From Terriglobales bacterium (GTDB lineage: Bacteria > Acidobacteriota > Terriglobia > Terriglobales > Acidobacteriaceae): a stretch of 61,381 nt of DNA. How positions within the stretch are numbered: position 1 is the stretch's first letter; each line of letters opens with the position of its first letter. The stretch is taken from contig DASXCC010000132.1 in NCBI GenBank assembly GCA_036491415.1, positions 1-61,381 of the forward strand, written 5' to 3'. The notes below the pieces were generated by a model. The model saw nothing but the letters and a program-made list of their open reading frames with translations. It ran no database searches and had not been told where the DNA came from. Positions 17,248 through 25,945 of the stretch are shown one piece after another. The translations under genes and the position numbers were made by a program.

Positions 17248-18222
17248 CTAAGAATTCCGGGCACGAACGCTGGCGCGAAGTTCGGCAACAATTTCACGCG
17301 AAGCTTTGACGGCAGCCTCGTGCTGGGTCACATCGAAGGAAATCGCGCCTACCCGCGCATGCCCCCCTCCACCGTAGCGTTCGCAAATCCTGGCCAGATT
17401 GACGGTCGGAGGTATTGGAGCCCAGGGATTTGACCCAACAGAAACCTTGACGCGAAAACTGCTCTTACTCAAGCCCACGCTGTAAATGGATTCCGGATGC
17501 AGGTAGTAAGGGACAAATTTGTTATAGCCCTCCAGCTCCAGATCAGTGACGTCGAAAAAGATCGTCCCGTCCGTGCAATCGATACGGTCTTTCAGAATGC
17601 TCATGGAGCGTTCATGCCGTTGCAAAAGAGGCGGCAGCGGTTCTGCTACCAGAGGATGAGCAATGATTTCCTCAAGTGATTTTGTCGCCAGAAGCGGAAT
17701 GAGGCGGGGCACAAAATCGGAATCCTTCGCGGATTCGATCACCATCGTAAGCTTCATGGCTGGGGCTTTCATCTCAACCGCTTCTTGCGCGGATTTATAA
17801 AGGGCCCCGTCAATGATGTCCGTCCAATGCACGAGTTCAGCGACTGGAGCCGGATTAAATCCGAAACGCTGCTCAGCAATCATCGCAATGAAACTGGTGC
17901 AGGATTTGAAATCAGGGTCGTAAAATTTTTTGCTGCTTTGGTCCCGCTCGAAGTGCGCAGCGTCCTCAGGAGTCAGAAATGCGCTCTCGTGATGATCAAA
18001 CCACCAGGTGATTTTGGGCGAGCTGCAATATTTGAAATCGACGATGGCGTTCTCATCGCCGTCGAATTGTTTCTCGTCGAACAATGCGCCGGCGCGATGC
18101 AGAAGTCCGGTGAAAACAAACTCGACATCGCTGCGTATCCGCTCGCGGTAAAAGCGGGAAAAGAGTGCCGCGGAGGAAGCCCCATCAAAACATTTGTCGT
18201 GAAAAAAAACCCTTACTTTCAA
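17248..18222 (-). CDS. DHH/DHHA1 family phosphoesterase
   Basis: HDKCFDG, WWFDHH (DHH motif) and GGGHARVGA (DHHA1 GGGH). Likely start is TTG 18222, 6 nt after GAGGG (the track start at 18327 is a likely over-extension). Confidence 0.7.
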   Translation of the reverse strand: MKVRVFFHDKCFDGASSAALFSRFYRERIRSDVEFVFTGLLHRAGALFDEKQFDGDENAIVDFKYCSSPKITWWFDHHESAFLTPEDAAHFERDQSSKKFYDPDFKSCTSFIAMIAEQRFGFNPAPVAELVHWTDIIDGALYKSAQEAVEMKAPAMKLTMVIESAKDSDFVPRLIPLLATKSLEEIIAHPLVAEPLPPLLQRHERSMSILKDRIDCTDGTIFFDVTDLELEGYNKFVPYYLHPESIYSVGLSKSSFRVKVSVGSNPWAPIPPTVNLARICERYGGGGHARVGAISFDVTQHEAAVKASREIVAELRASVRARNS

Positions 18223-18327
18223 AAGTGACCCTCTCGATAGGAATGCAATCCGTCCGAAAACGGATACAGGAGCAAAGCTAATAGGAATGCCATTCGCGGA
18301 GAGATATGTCAAGTCGCAAACGAACAA

Positions 18328-18362
18328 TCAAAAGAAAAGCGGCCTCTTTTGAGAGACCGCTT
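18328..18362 (-). terminator. rho-independent terminator after the zinc-ribbon/DUF4870 gene
   Basis: Minus strand reads AAGCGGTCTCtcaaaaGAGGCCGCTT followed by TTCTTTT. Confidence 0.7.
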
Positions 18363-18381
18363 GGTCTTTAACTTGATGAAA

Positions 18382-18837
18382 CTATGCAGGAATCGCGTTG
18401 GCCTGCTTCTCGGCCATATCGCCAATAATGGGAAGTTTCCACATTTGCCCCTGATTGGCTTTGATCAAAAGAATGACCCATAGAACGATCGAACCCAGCC
18501 AGACCAATAAATGGATGGGCAGCATGATCAGTCCCAATATCGGGACGAAAGCAAAGATGGTCAAACCAATCCAAATCGCGATCATTGCCAGGCAAAAGAA
18601 AATGCATTGAAATGAGTGAAAGCGGACAAAACGGCTTCTGTTATAAGGCGCTGTCACCAGAAAAATGATCGCCGGAATGATAGTGACATAAGCCAACATA
18701 CCGGTAACATTGTCCGTCATCCCCGCCCCAGCCGGTGCAGCCACTGCCGCAGGAGCAGCTGCGGAACGACCGCTACACGCTGGACAAACCGTTGCTCCAT
18801 CTGGAATCTGCGTTCCACATGCGCTGCAAAATGCCAT
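18382..18837 (-). CDS. zinc-ribbon plus DUF4870-like membrane protein
   Basis: N-terminal CSACGTQIPDGATVCPAC (CxxC..CxxC), an Ala/Pro linker, and three TM helices. GGAGGC SD. Confidence 0.65.
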   Translation of the reverse strand: MAFCSACGTQIPDGATVCPACSGRSAAAPAAVAAPAGAGMTDNVTGMLAYVTIIPAIIFLVTAPYNRSRFVRFHSFQCIFFCLAMIAIWIGLTIFAFVPILGLIMLPIHLLVWLGSIVLWVILLIKANQGQMWKLPIIGDMAEKQANAIPA

Positions 18838-18856
18838 GTTGCCTCCGAAGGTCGAT

Positions 18857-18878
18857 GCGAATTGATAATTCGCGAATT
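18857..18878. promoter_or_regulatory. overlapping palindromes GCGAATT-GAT-AATTCGC and AATTCGCGAATT
   Basis: Read directly. Located 20-41 nt upstream of the zinc-ribbon gene ATG and downstream of fur. Contains a TGATAAT Fur-box-like half. Confidence 0.45.
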
Positions 18879-18994
18879 AGGGGAGAGCTGATCGATTTTT
18901 TCGACCCGCGCACGTTAGCAGAAAGCCGCAACCAAAGCAAATGGAATCCTCCTAGGCTGCCGGAGAGACCGTCAACACCGAATTGATTGTCGCA

Positions 18995-19018
18995 GACAAC
19001 TTCCCGCGACAACTTCCC
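18995..19018. repeat. tandem direct repeat GACAACTTCCC-gc-GACAACTTCCC
   Basis: Two perfect 11-mers with 13-bp periodicity between the fur stop and the zinc-ribbon gene. Confidence 0.8.
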
Positions 19019-19091
19019 AAAGCATGTTTGTGAGCCAAAGCTCACCAGGAAATCTGGAGGAAGAAACTAAGAGGTTTGATAGCAGGGGCTA

Positions 19092-19589
19092 TTAAACGAC
19101 TTGGCCGCTTTTCTTCTTACGGCAGTCCAGGCAGATTCCATAGATCTGAAATGTGTGCCGGGTGGGAAGGTAGTTGTGCTTGCGGCCGATTTCCGCTTCC
19201 AGGCGATCTACTTCCGGAGAGAAAAATTCCACCGAACTACCACACTCTGTGCACACCATGTGGTGATGGCTGCGGCGGTTATATTGATGCTCATAGCGGG
19301 CGATCCCATCGTGGAAAGCCACTTCGCTGGCCAATCCGCATTCGGTAAAAAGTTTCAACGTGCGATAGACGGTGGTAGCGCCGATCTTCGGATCTTTCTT
19401 GCGGACAAGCGTCAGCAATTGCTCGACCGACAGATGCTCGCGCGTTTCCAGAAATGTACGCAGGATCGTGTTGCGTTGGGCGGTATGCTTCAGGCCAACA
19501 TTTTTGATGTGACGATGCAGAATCTGTTCCGCTTCATGCACCATCTCCGGGGAGATAACCGGTTGATCGTCAATGCGTCGTTGCAACAT
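19092..19589 (-). CDS. fur: Fur family transcriptional regulator
   Basis: Winged-helix N-terminus, HHHMVCTECG and C-terminal CLDC metal-site motifs. ATG at 19589 (the track start at 19595 is TTG). Confidence 0.9.
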   Translation of the reverse strand: MLQRRIDDQPVISPEMVHEAEQILHRHIKNVGLKHTAQRNTILRTFLETREHLSVEQLLTLVRKKDPKIGATTVYRTLKLFTECGLASEVAFHDGIARYEHQYNRRSHHHMVCTECGSSVEFFSPEVDRLEAEIGRKHNYLPTRHTFQIYGICLDCRKKKSGQVV

Positions 19590-19644
19590 GGGCAATTTTC
19601 GATGACCTCAAAAATCGAGGATGGCATCATTTTGCATCAACAAT

Positions 19645-19678
19645 GCCAAAAATGAAAAGGCTGCTTGCTGGCAGCCTC
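19645..19678 (-). terminator. rho-independent terminator after the lipoprotein gene
   Basis: Minus strand reads AGGCTGCcagcaaGCAGCCT followed by TTTCATTTTT. Confidence 0.7.
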
Positions 19679-19701
19679 TGTATTCAGGTTCAATTGCTCG
19701 T

Positions 19702-21012
19702 TTAATTGGAGGGAACGTCAACCAGCTTCACGTCAAAAGCCTGGCCCACGATTTTCACCTGCGTGGTCTGCAAGGCATCCGTGCCTGTGTCATACATTTG
19801 CAATAAACCATTCTCACAGACATAGACAACATTCCGGCCGGTGATGGGCTGAATAGCGGTAACGTCTCCCGTCGAAGGTGGCACGGTGATAGCGGAAGTG
19901 GCCGTGTTATAGATGGACAAACAGCCACGCACTTCGGCATTGGGATTGTTATTGGCATTCAGATTTGTGCAGTTCTTCGAACCAATAAACAGCTGATCAT
20001 TAGCCCCCATTTGCATCAGGTAGTGGAAGCCGTCGGTAATCAGGTTCGGTGCCTGGGTAACGGTCTGCGTTGCCAAATCCACAATATCCAGCGTGCCGCA
20101 GAATTGTGCCTGGGTGCTGCTGCCGCAGAATGTTCCCGGTGGTGTTCCTGCCACGTACAAGGTCGAGGTTCCGGACAACAATCCCATGGTCGCGCCGCGC
20201 ACAGGAATGGTAGTCACAGTTCCGCTTCCAATGTTCACCAGAGCAACGCTGGCGGTCGTGCCTCCGCATTCTGGGCCACAGTTGAAAACGACTGCGTTGC
20301 CGTTGTCGAGGAAAATGCCCCCGACCGGATGATCGAATCCGGGAATGGTAGAACGCGGCTCAGCGGAAGTACCGATCAGCGACGTCGCTACAAGCGTAGC
20401 GGAGTTGGAATTATCGGAAAAAACCAGCATGTGATTTCCGTCAGGAGCGAGAGCCAGATAATGTGCAGCGGCGATCGGCAAAGTCGCAGTGACGGCTTCT
20501 GCTGTGTAGTTGAAAACTTGCACAGCTCCGGAGTTCTGACCCGATACAATAGCTCCCGGTTCAGCGGCGTATCCAATAGTTCCGGACTGCGTTAAAGCAA
20601 TGCTATCAGTCACACCTGCCAGTTTTATCGATGGATTATTCGCCGTATTGACGCTCTCGCTTGCGTTTATCACAACGGCGATCGCCTTATCGGCGGGACT
20701 AAAGACGAGCGTCTGCGTCATGTTTGGAGACAGATACATTCGCTGCGGTTCGGTGATTGACCCGGAAAATGGGACGCCGCCCAAGAGAGAAATTTCATCG
20801 AGCGTAGCGTCCACGATATCTATGACAGGCGCATTCACGCCGCCCAAAGACTGTACCGGATTCGTAACGAATGCTCGGAACTTGATTCTGCTGGGAGGCA
20901 GTCCGCTGCCGGAGGAACCGACGGAACCATTACCAGGGGCTGAATAGCTGCCGCAGGAACTAAAAGTCAGGGAGGCAAACACCAACACAGCAGCCAATAA
21001 AGATTTCTTCAA
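19702..21012 (-). CDS. lipoprotein with beta-propeller-like repeats (YncE/YVTN-like; tentative)
   Basis: Signal peptide with lipobox (LTFSSC). Repetitive beta-rich sequence. TTG start 8 nt after GGAG. Confidence 0.55.
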   Translation of the reverse strand: MKKSLLAAVLVFASLTFSSCGSYSAPGNGSVGSSGSGLPPSRIKFRAFVTNPVQSLGGVNAPVIDIVDATLDEISLLGGVPFSGSITEPQRMYLSPNMTQTLVFSPADKAIAVVINASESVNTANNPSIKLAGVTDSIALTQSGTIGYAAEPGAIVSGQNSGAVQVFNYTAEAVTATLPIAAAHYLALAPDGNHMLVFSDNSNSATLVATSLIGTSAEPRSTIPGFDHPVGGIFLDNGNAVVFNCGPECGGTTASVALVNIGSGTVTTIPVRGATMGLLSGTSTLYVAGTPPGTFCGSSTQAQFCGTLDIVDLATQTVTQAPNLITDGFHYLMQMGANDQLFIGSKNCTNLNANNNPNAEVRGCLSIYNTATSAITVPPSTGDVTAIQPITGRNVVYVCENGLLQMYDTGTDALQTTQVKIVGQAFDVKLVDVPSN

Positions 21013-21158
21013 ACCTGGGACTCCAAAATGGACAAAGGTTATAACTTTAGATGCAAAGAATCGTGAATTATAACAAACGCATCTATTTTTTACCGGGGTA
21101 GAGAGTGGGATACCTGCTCCTTGTGCAATAGCTATAATTATCCTGTATTCTCAACAAC

Positions 21159-23027
21159 ATGCCCAGCAATTTCCTAGAGCGATTGAAAACATCCCCTGTC
21201 CTTTGTGACGGTGCAATGGGGACCTGGCTGTACGCCAAGGGAGTTTTCATCAATCGCAGCTACGATGAACTGAATCTGTCGCAGCCGGATTTGATCCGTG
21301 GTATTCACCACGAATATTTGCAAGCGGGTGCGGAGATTATTGAAACCAACACTTTTGGTGGCAACAGCTTCCGTCTGGCGCGCCATAGCATGACCGATCG
21401 AGTTCGCGACATCAACATCACTGGAGCGAAGGTGGCCCACGAAGCGGCAAAAAGCTTTGACGTTTGGGTTGCAGGATCGATTGGTCCGTTGGGAATTCGC
21501 ATTGAACCTCTGGGAAAGACTTCATTCGAGGAAGCCCGGGCAGCATTTCGTGAACAGATTGCCGCTTTGATCGAAGGCGGCGTGGACCTGCTCATGTTTG
21601 AAACCTTCGGCTATGTCGAAGAGCTTCACCAGGCATTGCTGGCAGCGAGAGATGTGGACGCCCATATTCCTCTTATCGCGCAGGTAACAGTGGATGAGGA
21701 AAGCAATGCCCTCGACGGATCTACGCCGGAAACTTTCGCTCCTCGGATCGAGGAGTGGGGCGCTGACGTCATCGGATGCAATTGCAGCGTCGGCCCTGTC
21801 GCCATGCTCGATGCCATGGAACGGATTCGTGCTGTAACTTCCTTGCCACTGGCAGCGCAGCCAAACGCCGGAATTCCCCGATCGGTAGATGGGCGCAACA
21901 TTTATCTGTGTTCGCCGGAATACATGGCGAGCTATGCGCGCAAATTTATTGCCGCCGGAGTCCGCCTGATCGGCGGCTGTTGTGGAACGACCCCCGAACA
22001 TATTCGGGTCATGAAGCATGCGCTGCGCGTGGGCGAGGCGCGCGCGAAACTTCCTGCTGCTTCCATAAAAAATGAATCAGTTTCCAAAGCCGTGCCGGCC
22101 GTGCCTTTGGCGAAGCGTTCGAAACTTGGAACAAAGCTGGCGACAGGTGAATTCGTCACCATGGTGGAAATTGTTCCTCCCAAGGGAACGAACGTGATCA
22201 AAGAACTTGAAGGCGGGAAATTCCTAAAGTCGGTGGGCGTGGATGCGATCAACATTCCCGACAGCCCTCGGGCATCGGCGCGTATGAGTAATCAGGCGCT
22301 GTCGCTGTTGATGCAACAACAGGTAGGCATTGAAGCGGTGTTGCACTATACCTGCCGCGACCGCAACGTTTTGGGCATTCAATCGGATTTGCTCGGCGCT
22401 TCGGCGACCGGCATTCATAATTTGATCTGCATCACTGGCGATCCGCCGAAGATGGGCAATTATCCAGATGCAACCGCCGTCTTCGATGTGGACGCGATTG
22501 GCTTGGTCAACATTGTTCACAACCTGAATCGCGGCCAGGACATCGGCGGCAATCCGTTGGGGAACGGCACAGGATTCGTGATTGGAGTCGGCGCCAACCC
22601 GGGCGTATCCAATCTGGATGAGGAAGTGAAACGATTTGAGTACAAAGTAGAGGCTGGCGCGGAATACGCTGTCACGCAGCCTGTATTTGATTTATGTCTG
22701 CTGGAAAATTTCCTGAAACGGATTGAGCACTTTAAAATTCCCGTTGTCGCTGGAATCTGGCCCCTGCAAAGCGCTCGCAATGCCGAGTTCATGAAGAACG
22801 AATTACGGGTATCGGTGCCGGACGCCATTTTGCAAAGGATGGCGAACGCCAAGACCCCGGAAGCCGCGCGGGAAGAAGGCGTGGCCATTGCGCGCGAAAT
22901 GTTAATCGCCGTCCGCGGCATGGTCCAGGGAGCGCAGATCAGCGCGCCCATGGGCAGATATGCTTCGGCCGTGGATGTGCTGGAAGCGTTGGGAAATCAG
23001 CTGACGCCCGCGAAAACCGTGCAGTAA
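21159..23027 (+). CDS. bifunctional homocysteine S-methyltransferase / 5,10-methylenetetrahydrofolate reductase
   Basis: N-terminal Hcy-binding domain (DGAMGT, GCNCS, GGCCGT zinc-ligand cysteines) fused to a C-terminal MetF-like TIM barrel. Confidence 0.9.
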   Translation: MPSNFLERLKTSPVLCDGAMGTWLYAKGVFINRSYDELNLSQPDLIRGIHHEYLQAGAEIIETNTFGGNSFRLARHSMTDRVRDINITGAKVAHEAAKSFDVWVAGSIGPLGIRIEPLGKTSFEEARAAFREQIAALIEGGVDLLMFETFGYVEELHQALLAARDVDAHIPLIAQVTVDEESNALDGSTPETFAPRIEEWGADVIGCNCSVGPVAMLDAMERIRAVTSLPLAAQPNAGIPRSVDGRNIYLCSPEYMASYARKFIAAGVRLIGGCCGTTPEHIRVMKHALRVGEARAKLPAASIKNESVSKAVPAVPLAKRSKLGTKLATGEFVTMVEIVPPKGTNVIKELEGGKFLKSVGVDAINIPDSPRASARMSNQALSLLMQQQVGIEAVLHYTCRDRNVLGIQSDLLGASATGIHNLICITGDPPKMGNYPDATAVFDVDAIGLVNIVHNLNRGQDIGGNPLGNGTGFVIGVGANPGVSNLDEEVKRFEYKVEAGAEYAVTQPVFDLCLLENFLKRIEHFKIPVVAGIWPLQSARNAEFMKNELRVSVPDAILQRMANAKTPEAAREEGVAIAREMLIAVRGMVQGAQISAPMGRYASAVDVLEALGNQLTPAKTVQ

Positions 23028-23047
23028 AATATTCCCGAGAGGATCTC

Positions 23048-23287
23048 ATGCCTAAATTTGAAGAGTGTCTGCAACGGCTGGAAAAAATCGTGCAAGAACT
23101 CGAAAAGGGCGAGGTTCCGTTGGAGAAGTCTCTGACTCTGTTCGAGGAAGGCATGCAACTTTCCGCTTCGTGCCGCAAAGAATTGGAAGATGCTGAAGGG
23201 AAAGTGGAGATTCTTCTAAAGCAAAACGGAAAACTGCAAGCGGAACCGTTTGAAGCGCAGACGGACAAAGCAGCTTCGCGGCGGTAA
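23048..23287 (+). CDS. xseB: exodeoxyribonuclease VII small subunit
   Basis: FEECLQRLEKIVQELEKGEVPLEKSLTLFEEGMQL is the XseB signature. GAGAGGA SD. Confidence 0.9.
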   Translation: MPKFEECLQRLEKIVQELEKGEVPLEKSLTLFEEGMQLSASCRKELEDAEGKVEILLKQNGKLQAEPFEAQTDKAASRR

Positions 23288-23370
23288 TTACGAAATAGTC
23301 GCAACACAATCTTGCTCTAATCCGTTATCCGCGTCTTCGCTGAACCAGAGATTTCCAACCGAAATTTCCT

Positions 23371-23379
23371 TGTTATACT
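23371..23379 (+). promoter_or_regulatory. extended -10 TGtTATACT ending 8 nt upstream of the ispA ATG (leaderless-type)
   Basis: ccTTGTTATACTcaacccgaATG; no SD. Confidence 0.4.
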
Positions 23380-23387
23380 CAACCCGA

Positions 23388-24269
23388 ATGTTGAAAGAAA
23401 CGTTAGAGCAGGGTCAAAAATTAACCGATGCAGCTCTCGAACGCCTGATTCCGGCGGAAACCCAGCGTCCCACTTCCATTCACAAGGCCATGCGCCACAG
23501 CATGTTCGCTGGCGGTAAAAGAATCCGTCCCATTCTTTGCATGGAAGCCGGGCGGATGGTCGCAAGTTCCCTTCCCAATGGGATTGAAGAAGTTGGCGCG
23601 GCCCTGGAGATGCTGCACACATACTCGCTCATCCACGATGATCTTCCTGCGCTCGACAATGATGACTTGCGTCGCGGGCGTCCGACTTGCCATAAAGTGT
23701 TTGGCGAAGCCATTGCCATTTTGGCGGGGGATGCGCTGCAGACGCAAGCCTACGAAGTCCTGGCGCGGTTGCAGTGCTCTGCCGAGGCGCGGGTACAGAT
23801 TATCGAAGAGATCGCCCAGAAAACCGGCACCGTGGATGGAATGATCGGAGGCCAGGTCGTTGACCTTGAATCAGAACATGCGAAGCCTGATCTCGCGACG
23901 CTGGAATATATCCATCGCTCAAAAACCGCAGCGTTGATCACAGCAAGCGTTGTAAGCGGCGGGATGTTCGCGGAAGCGAGCAAAGATCAGGTGGCAAAAT
24001 TGCGTTCCTTTGGCCAATCCATTGGATTAGCATTTCAAATCGTCGATGACGTTCTGGACGTTACGCAAACTTCTGAACAACTCGGCAAGACTGCCGGCAA
24101 AGACACAGTAGCTGAAAAAACAACCTACCCAGCGTTGTTTGGAATTGAAGAATCGCTCAAAAAGGCCGACGCTCTTGTGGCCACAGCTTTTCAAGCTTTA
24201 GACGAATTCGGAGATCGCGCGGAAACTTTGAAAGCGCTGGCAAAGTTTTTGGTGGAGAGAAAAAAGTAA
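23388..24269 (+). CDS. ispA: polyprenyl (farnesyl/geranylgeranyl) diphosphate synthase
   Basis: First and second Asp-rich motifs (LIHDDLPALDNDDLRRG; FQIVDDVLD). The ATG at 23388 gives a normal-length protein. The track start at 23250 overlaps xseB and is rejected. Confidence 0.9.
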   Translation: MLKETLEQGQKLTDAALERLIPAETQRPTSIHKAMRHSMFAGGKRIRPILCMEAGRMVASSLPNGIEEVGAALEMLHTYSLIHDDLPALDNDDLRRGRPTCHKVFGEAIAILAGDALQTQAYEVLARLQCSAEARVQIIEEIAQKTGTVDGMIGGQVVDLESEHAKPDLATLEYIHRSKTAALITASVVSGGMFAEASKDQVAKLRSFGQSIGLAFQIVDDVLDVTQTSEQLGKTAGKDTVAEKTTYPALFGIEESLKKADALVATAFQALDEFGDRAETLKALAKFLVERKK

Positions 24270-24307
24270 TCTATCTGGGAATTAGCTTCATCCATTAAAA
24301 TAGTTGT

Positions 24308-24372
24308 GGCGATGGAGTTCGCCCTTAACCGCCGGATTTGATTTAATAAACTTTCCGGCTGATAACTCCTAC
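24308..24372 (+). promoter_or_regulatory. fluoride riboswitch (crcB RNA motif) aptamer
   Basis: GGCGATGGAGTTCGCC..AACCGCCGGA..(loop)..TCCGGCTGATAACTCCTAC. P1 is GGCGA/TCGCC, P3 is GCCGGA/TCCGGC, and the pseudoknot is GGAGTT/AACTCC. Lies directly upstream of crcB. Confidence 0.85.
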
Positions 24373-24397
24373 GAACTTTTGTAGGGAGAACTCTATC

Positions 24398-24784
24398 GTG
24401 AGCGAAGTCTTCGGCAATATCTTCATCATCTCAGTCGGCGCGATCTTCGGCGCCAATGCTCGTTACTTCATGAGCCGCTATGCGGCCAGAATTCTCAGTC
24501 CAACATTTCCCTATGGCACGCTGATGATCAACGTCATCGGCAGCGCCATCGTCGGATTTTTCATGATCTGGACAACAGAGCGGGTATTGATTGACCCACG
24601 CTGGCGGCTGTTAATTGTCGTGGGATTCTGCGGCGCGTTTACCACGTTTTCCAGCTATGCCTACGAGAGTATGGCCTATTTCGAACAGGGCCAATGGCAT
24701 TTGATGCTGGTCAATATTTTCAGCAACAACATTCTCTGCCTGGTGGGCGCTATTGGCGGCATGGCGCTGGCGAGGATGCGATAA
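24398..24784 (+). CDS. crcB: fluoride efflux channel CrcB/FluC
   Basis: Four TM helices and GFCGAFTTFSS signature. GTG start 9 nt after GGGAG. Confidence 0.9.
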   Translation: MSEVFGNIFIISVGAIFGANARYFMSRYAARILSPTFPYGTLMINVIGSAIVGFFMIWTTERVLIDPRWRLLIVVGFCGAFTTFSSYAYESMAYFEQGQWHLMLVNIFSNNILCLVGAIGGMALARMR

Positions 24785-25113
24785 TGACAGGCGCGATGGC
24801 CGTCCAAATCACAATCTATCTCCGTGAAGATGACAAATGGCAGAAGCGGCCGCTGCATATGGAAATTCTCAATTATTTGCATGAAGAAAACGTCTGTGCA
24901 GCCACCGCACAGCATTGCGTAGCGGGGTTTCTAGGGCGTCAGCGGGTCAAGACAAGCCACTTGGCGGATGCCGGCGGCAAACTGCCGGTGATTATCACTT
25001 TTGTGGACACTGACGAGCTCGTTGCGCGCGTGCTTCCCAAGCTCAAAGAAATGGCAGCCAATCGGTTGATCGTGCGTGAGGACGTGGTACTTGAGCAAGG
25101 GAATCTAGAGTAG
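24784..25113 (+). CDS. DUF190 domain protein (commonly co-encoded with crcB)
   Basis: The ATG overlaps the crcB stop (TAATG). Contains MTGAMAVQITIYLREDDKW...LPVIITFVDTDELV. The track start at 24694 lies inside crcB and is rejected. Confidence 0.8.
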   Translation: MTGAMAVQITIYLREDDKWQKRPLHMEILNYLHEENVCAATAQHCVAGFLGRQRVKTSHLADAGGKLPVIITFVDTDELVARVLPKLKEMAANRLIVREDVVLEQGNLE

Positions 25114-25189
25114 CTTAAGCGCTCCTCCATTCCATTACATTTTCGAAATCGCACGGCGAGAATGCCCGTGCCTGCATCGCCTGTGCAAT

Positions 25190-25927
25190 TTATTCGGATA
25201 TTCCCGCGAAGAGGTCCTTTTCTTCCGCAGAGGCTTGCGGGTTGACCGTTGAGATAAGATGAAATAATTCTTCGGGCTGGCGTAAGCTCCGGTCTCCATA
25301 TTTTTCCAGGAGTGGCAGTTGGCTTTTATGAACGCGAAAAGCTTCAATCTTGGTATCAATATATTTTTGAACTTCAATTCTTGTTGTGACCGTCGCCAGT
25401 GAAACGGGCTGGCGTTCCGGCCAGGTTTTCGACGCAGTTACGTAATACAACTTCTGCGTGCGATGCGGCTGCAATCCAGAACTCAGTTGCTCGCCGAAAC
25501 GGTCCGTACGTCCTGCCCAATGAAAAGCGGCCGTTGTGAATAAACCAACCATAGAATGGTCCACGTGGGCTGTGACTGTCCCTTCCAATCCAAGCGTCAA
25601 AATCACTTGTGGCTTGATCTCGCGTATATGCCGGGTCAATTCTCCCGCGACCTCAGAGAAATTCTGGGTGGAAAGTTCTCCATCGGGATAATCAAGAATC
25701 GTGGGATGCGTGACCTTCAACAAATGGCACGCCGCATAAAATTCTTCCGTGCGCATCGCGCCAAGGTCTTCGCCGGATTTCGCACCTCCGCGGTTGGTCG
25801 CAGACTGCCCGCGCGTCAGGCAAATCACATGTGTCTCAACTCCCTGCTCCTGGTACTTGAGCAGCGAGCCTCCAAATCCCCAGACCTCATCATCGGGATG
25901 CGCAGTTGTGCATAGCAGTTTCAACAT
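25190..25927 (-). CDS. PIG-L (LmbE) family N-acetylglucosaminyl deacetylase
   Basis: AHPDDE motif at the N-terminus and a downstream HVDH metal-site motif. Confidence 0.85.
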   Translation of the reverse strand: MLKLLCTTAHPDDEVWGFGGSLLKYQEQGVETHVICLTRGQSATNRGGAKSGEDLGAMRTEEFYAACHLLKVTHPTILDYPDGELSTQNFSEVAGELTRHIREIKPQVILTLGLEGTVTAHVDHSMVGLFTTAAFHWAGRTDRFGEQLSSGLQPHRTQKLYYVTASKTWPERQPVSLATVTTRIEVQKYIDTKIEAFRVHKSQLPLLEKYGDRSLRQPEELFHLISTVNPQASAEEKDLFAGISE

Positions 25928-25945
25928 GTTGTTTTGAACTTTCGC

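Noticed and set aside
19596-19644. Fur box upstream of fur itself
   Set aside because: There is only a TGATGC direct repeat and weak AT-rich similarity. No convincing 7-1-7 or 19-bp Fur palindrome is present.
21013-21158. Possible SAM/SAH riboswitch upstream of the Hcy-methyltransferase/MTHFR gene
   Set aside because: No SAM-I, SAM-II or SAH consensus elements could be found. A TATAAT at 21133..21138 leaves only about a 15-nt leader.
23250-23387. N-terminal extension of ispA overlapping xseB
   Set aside because: The extension (MKRRRTKQLRGG...) has no homology to prenyl synthases and overlaps the xseB 3' end. The ATG at 23388 gives a normal-length enzyme.
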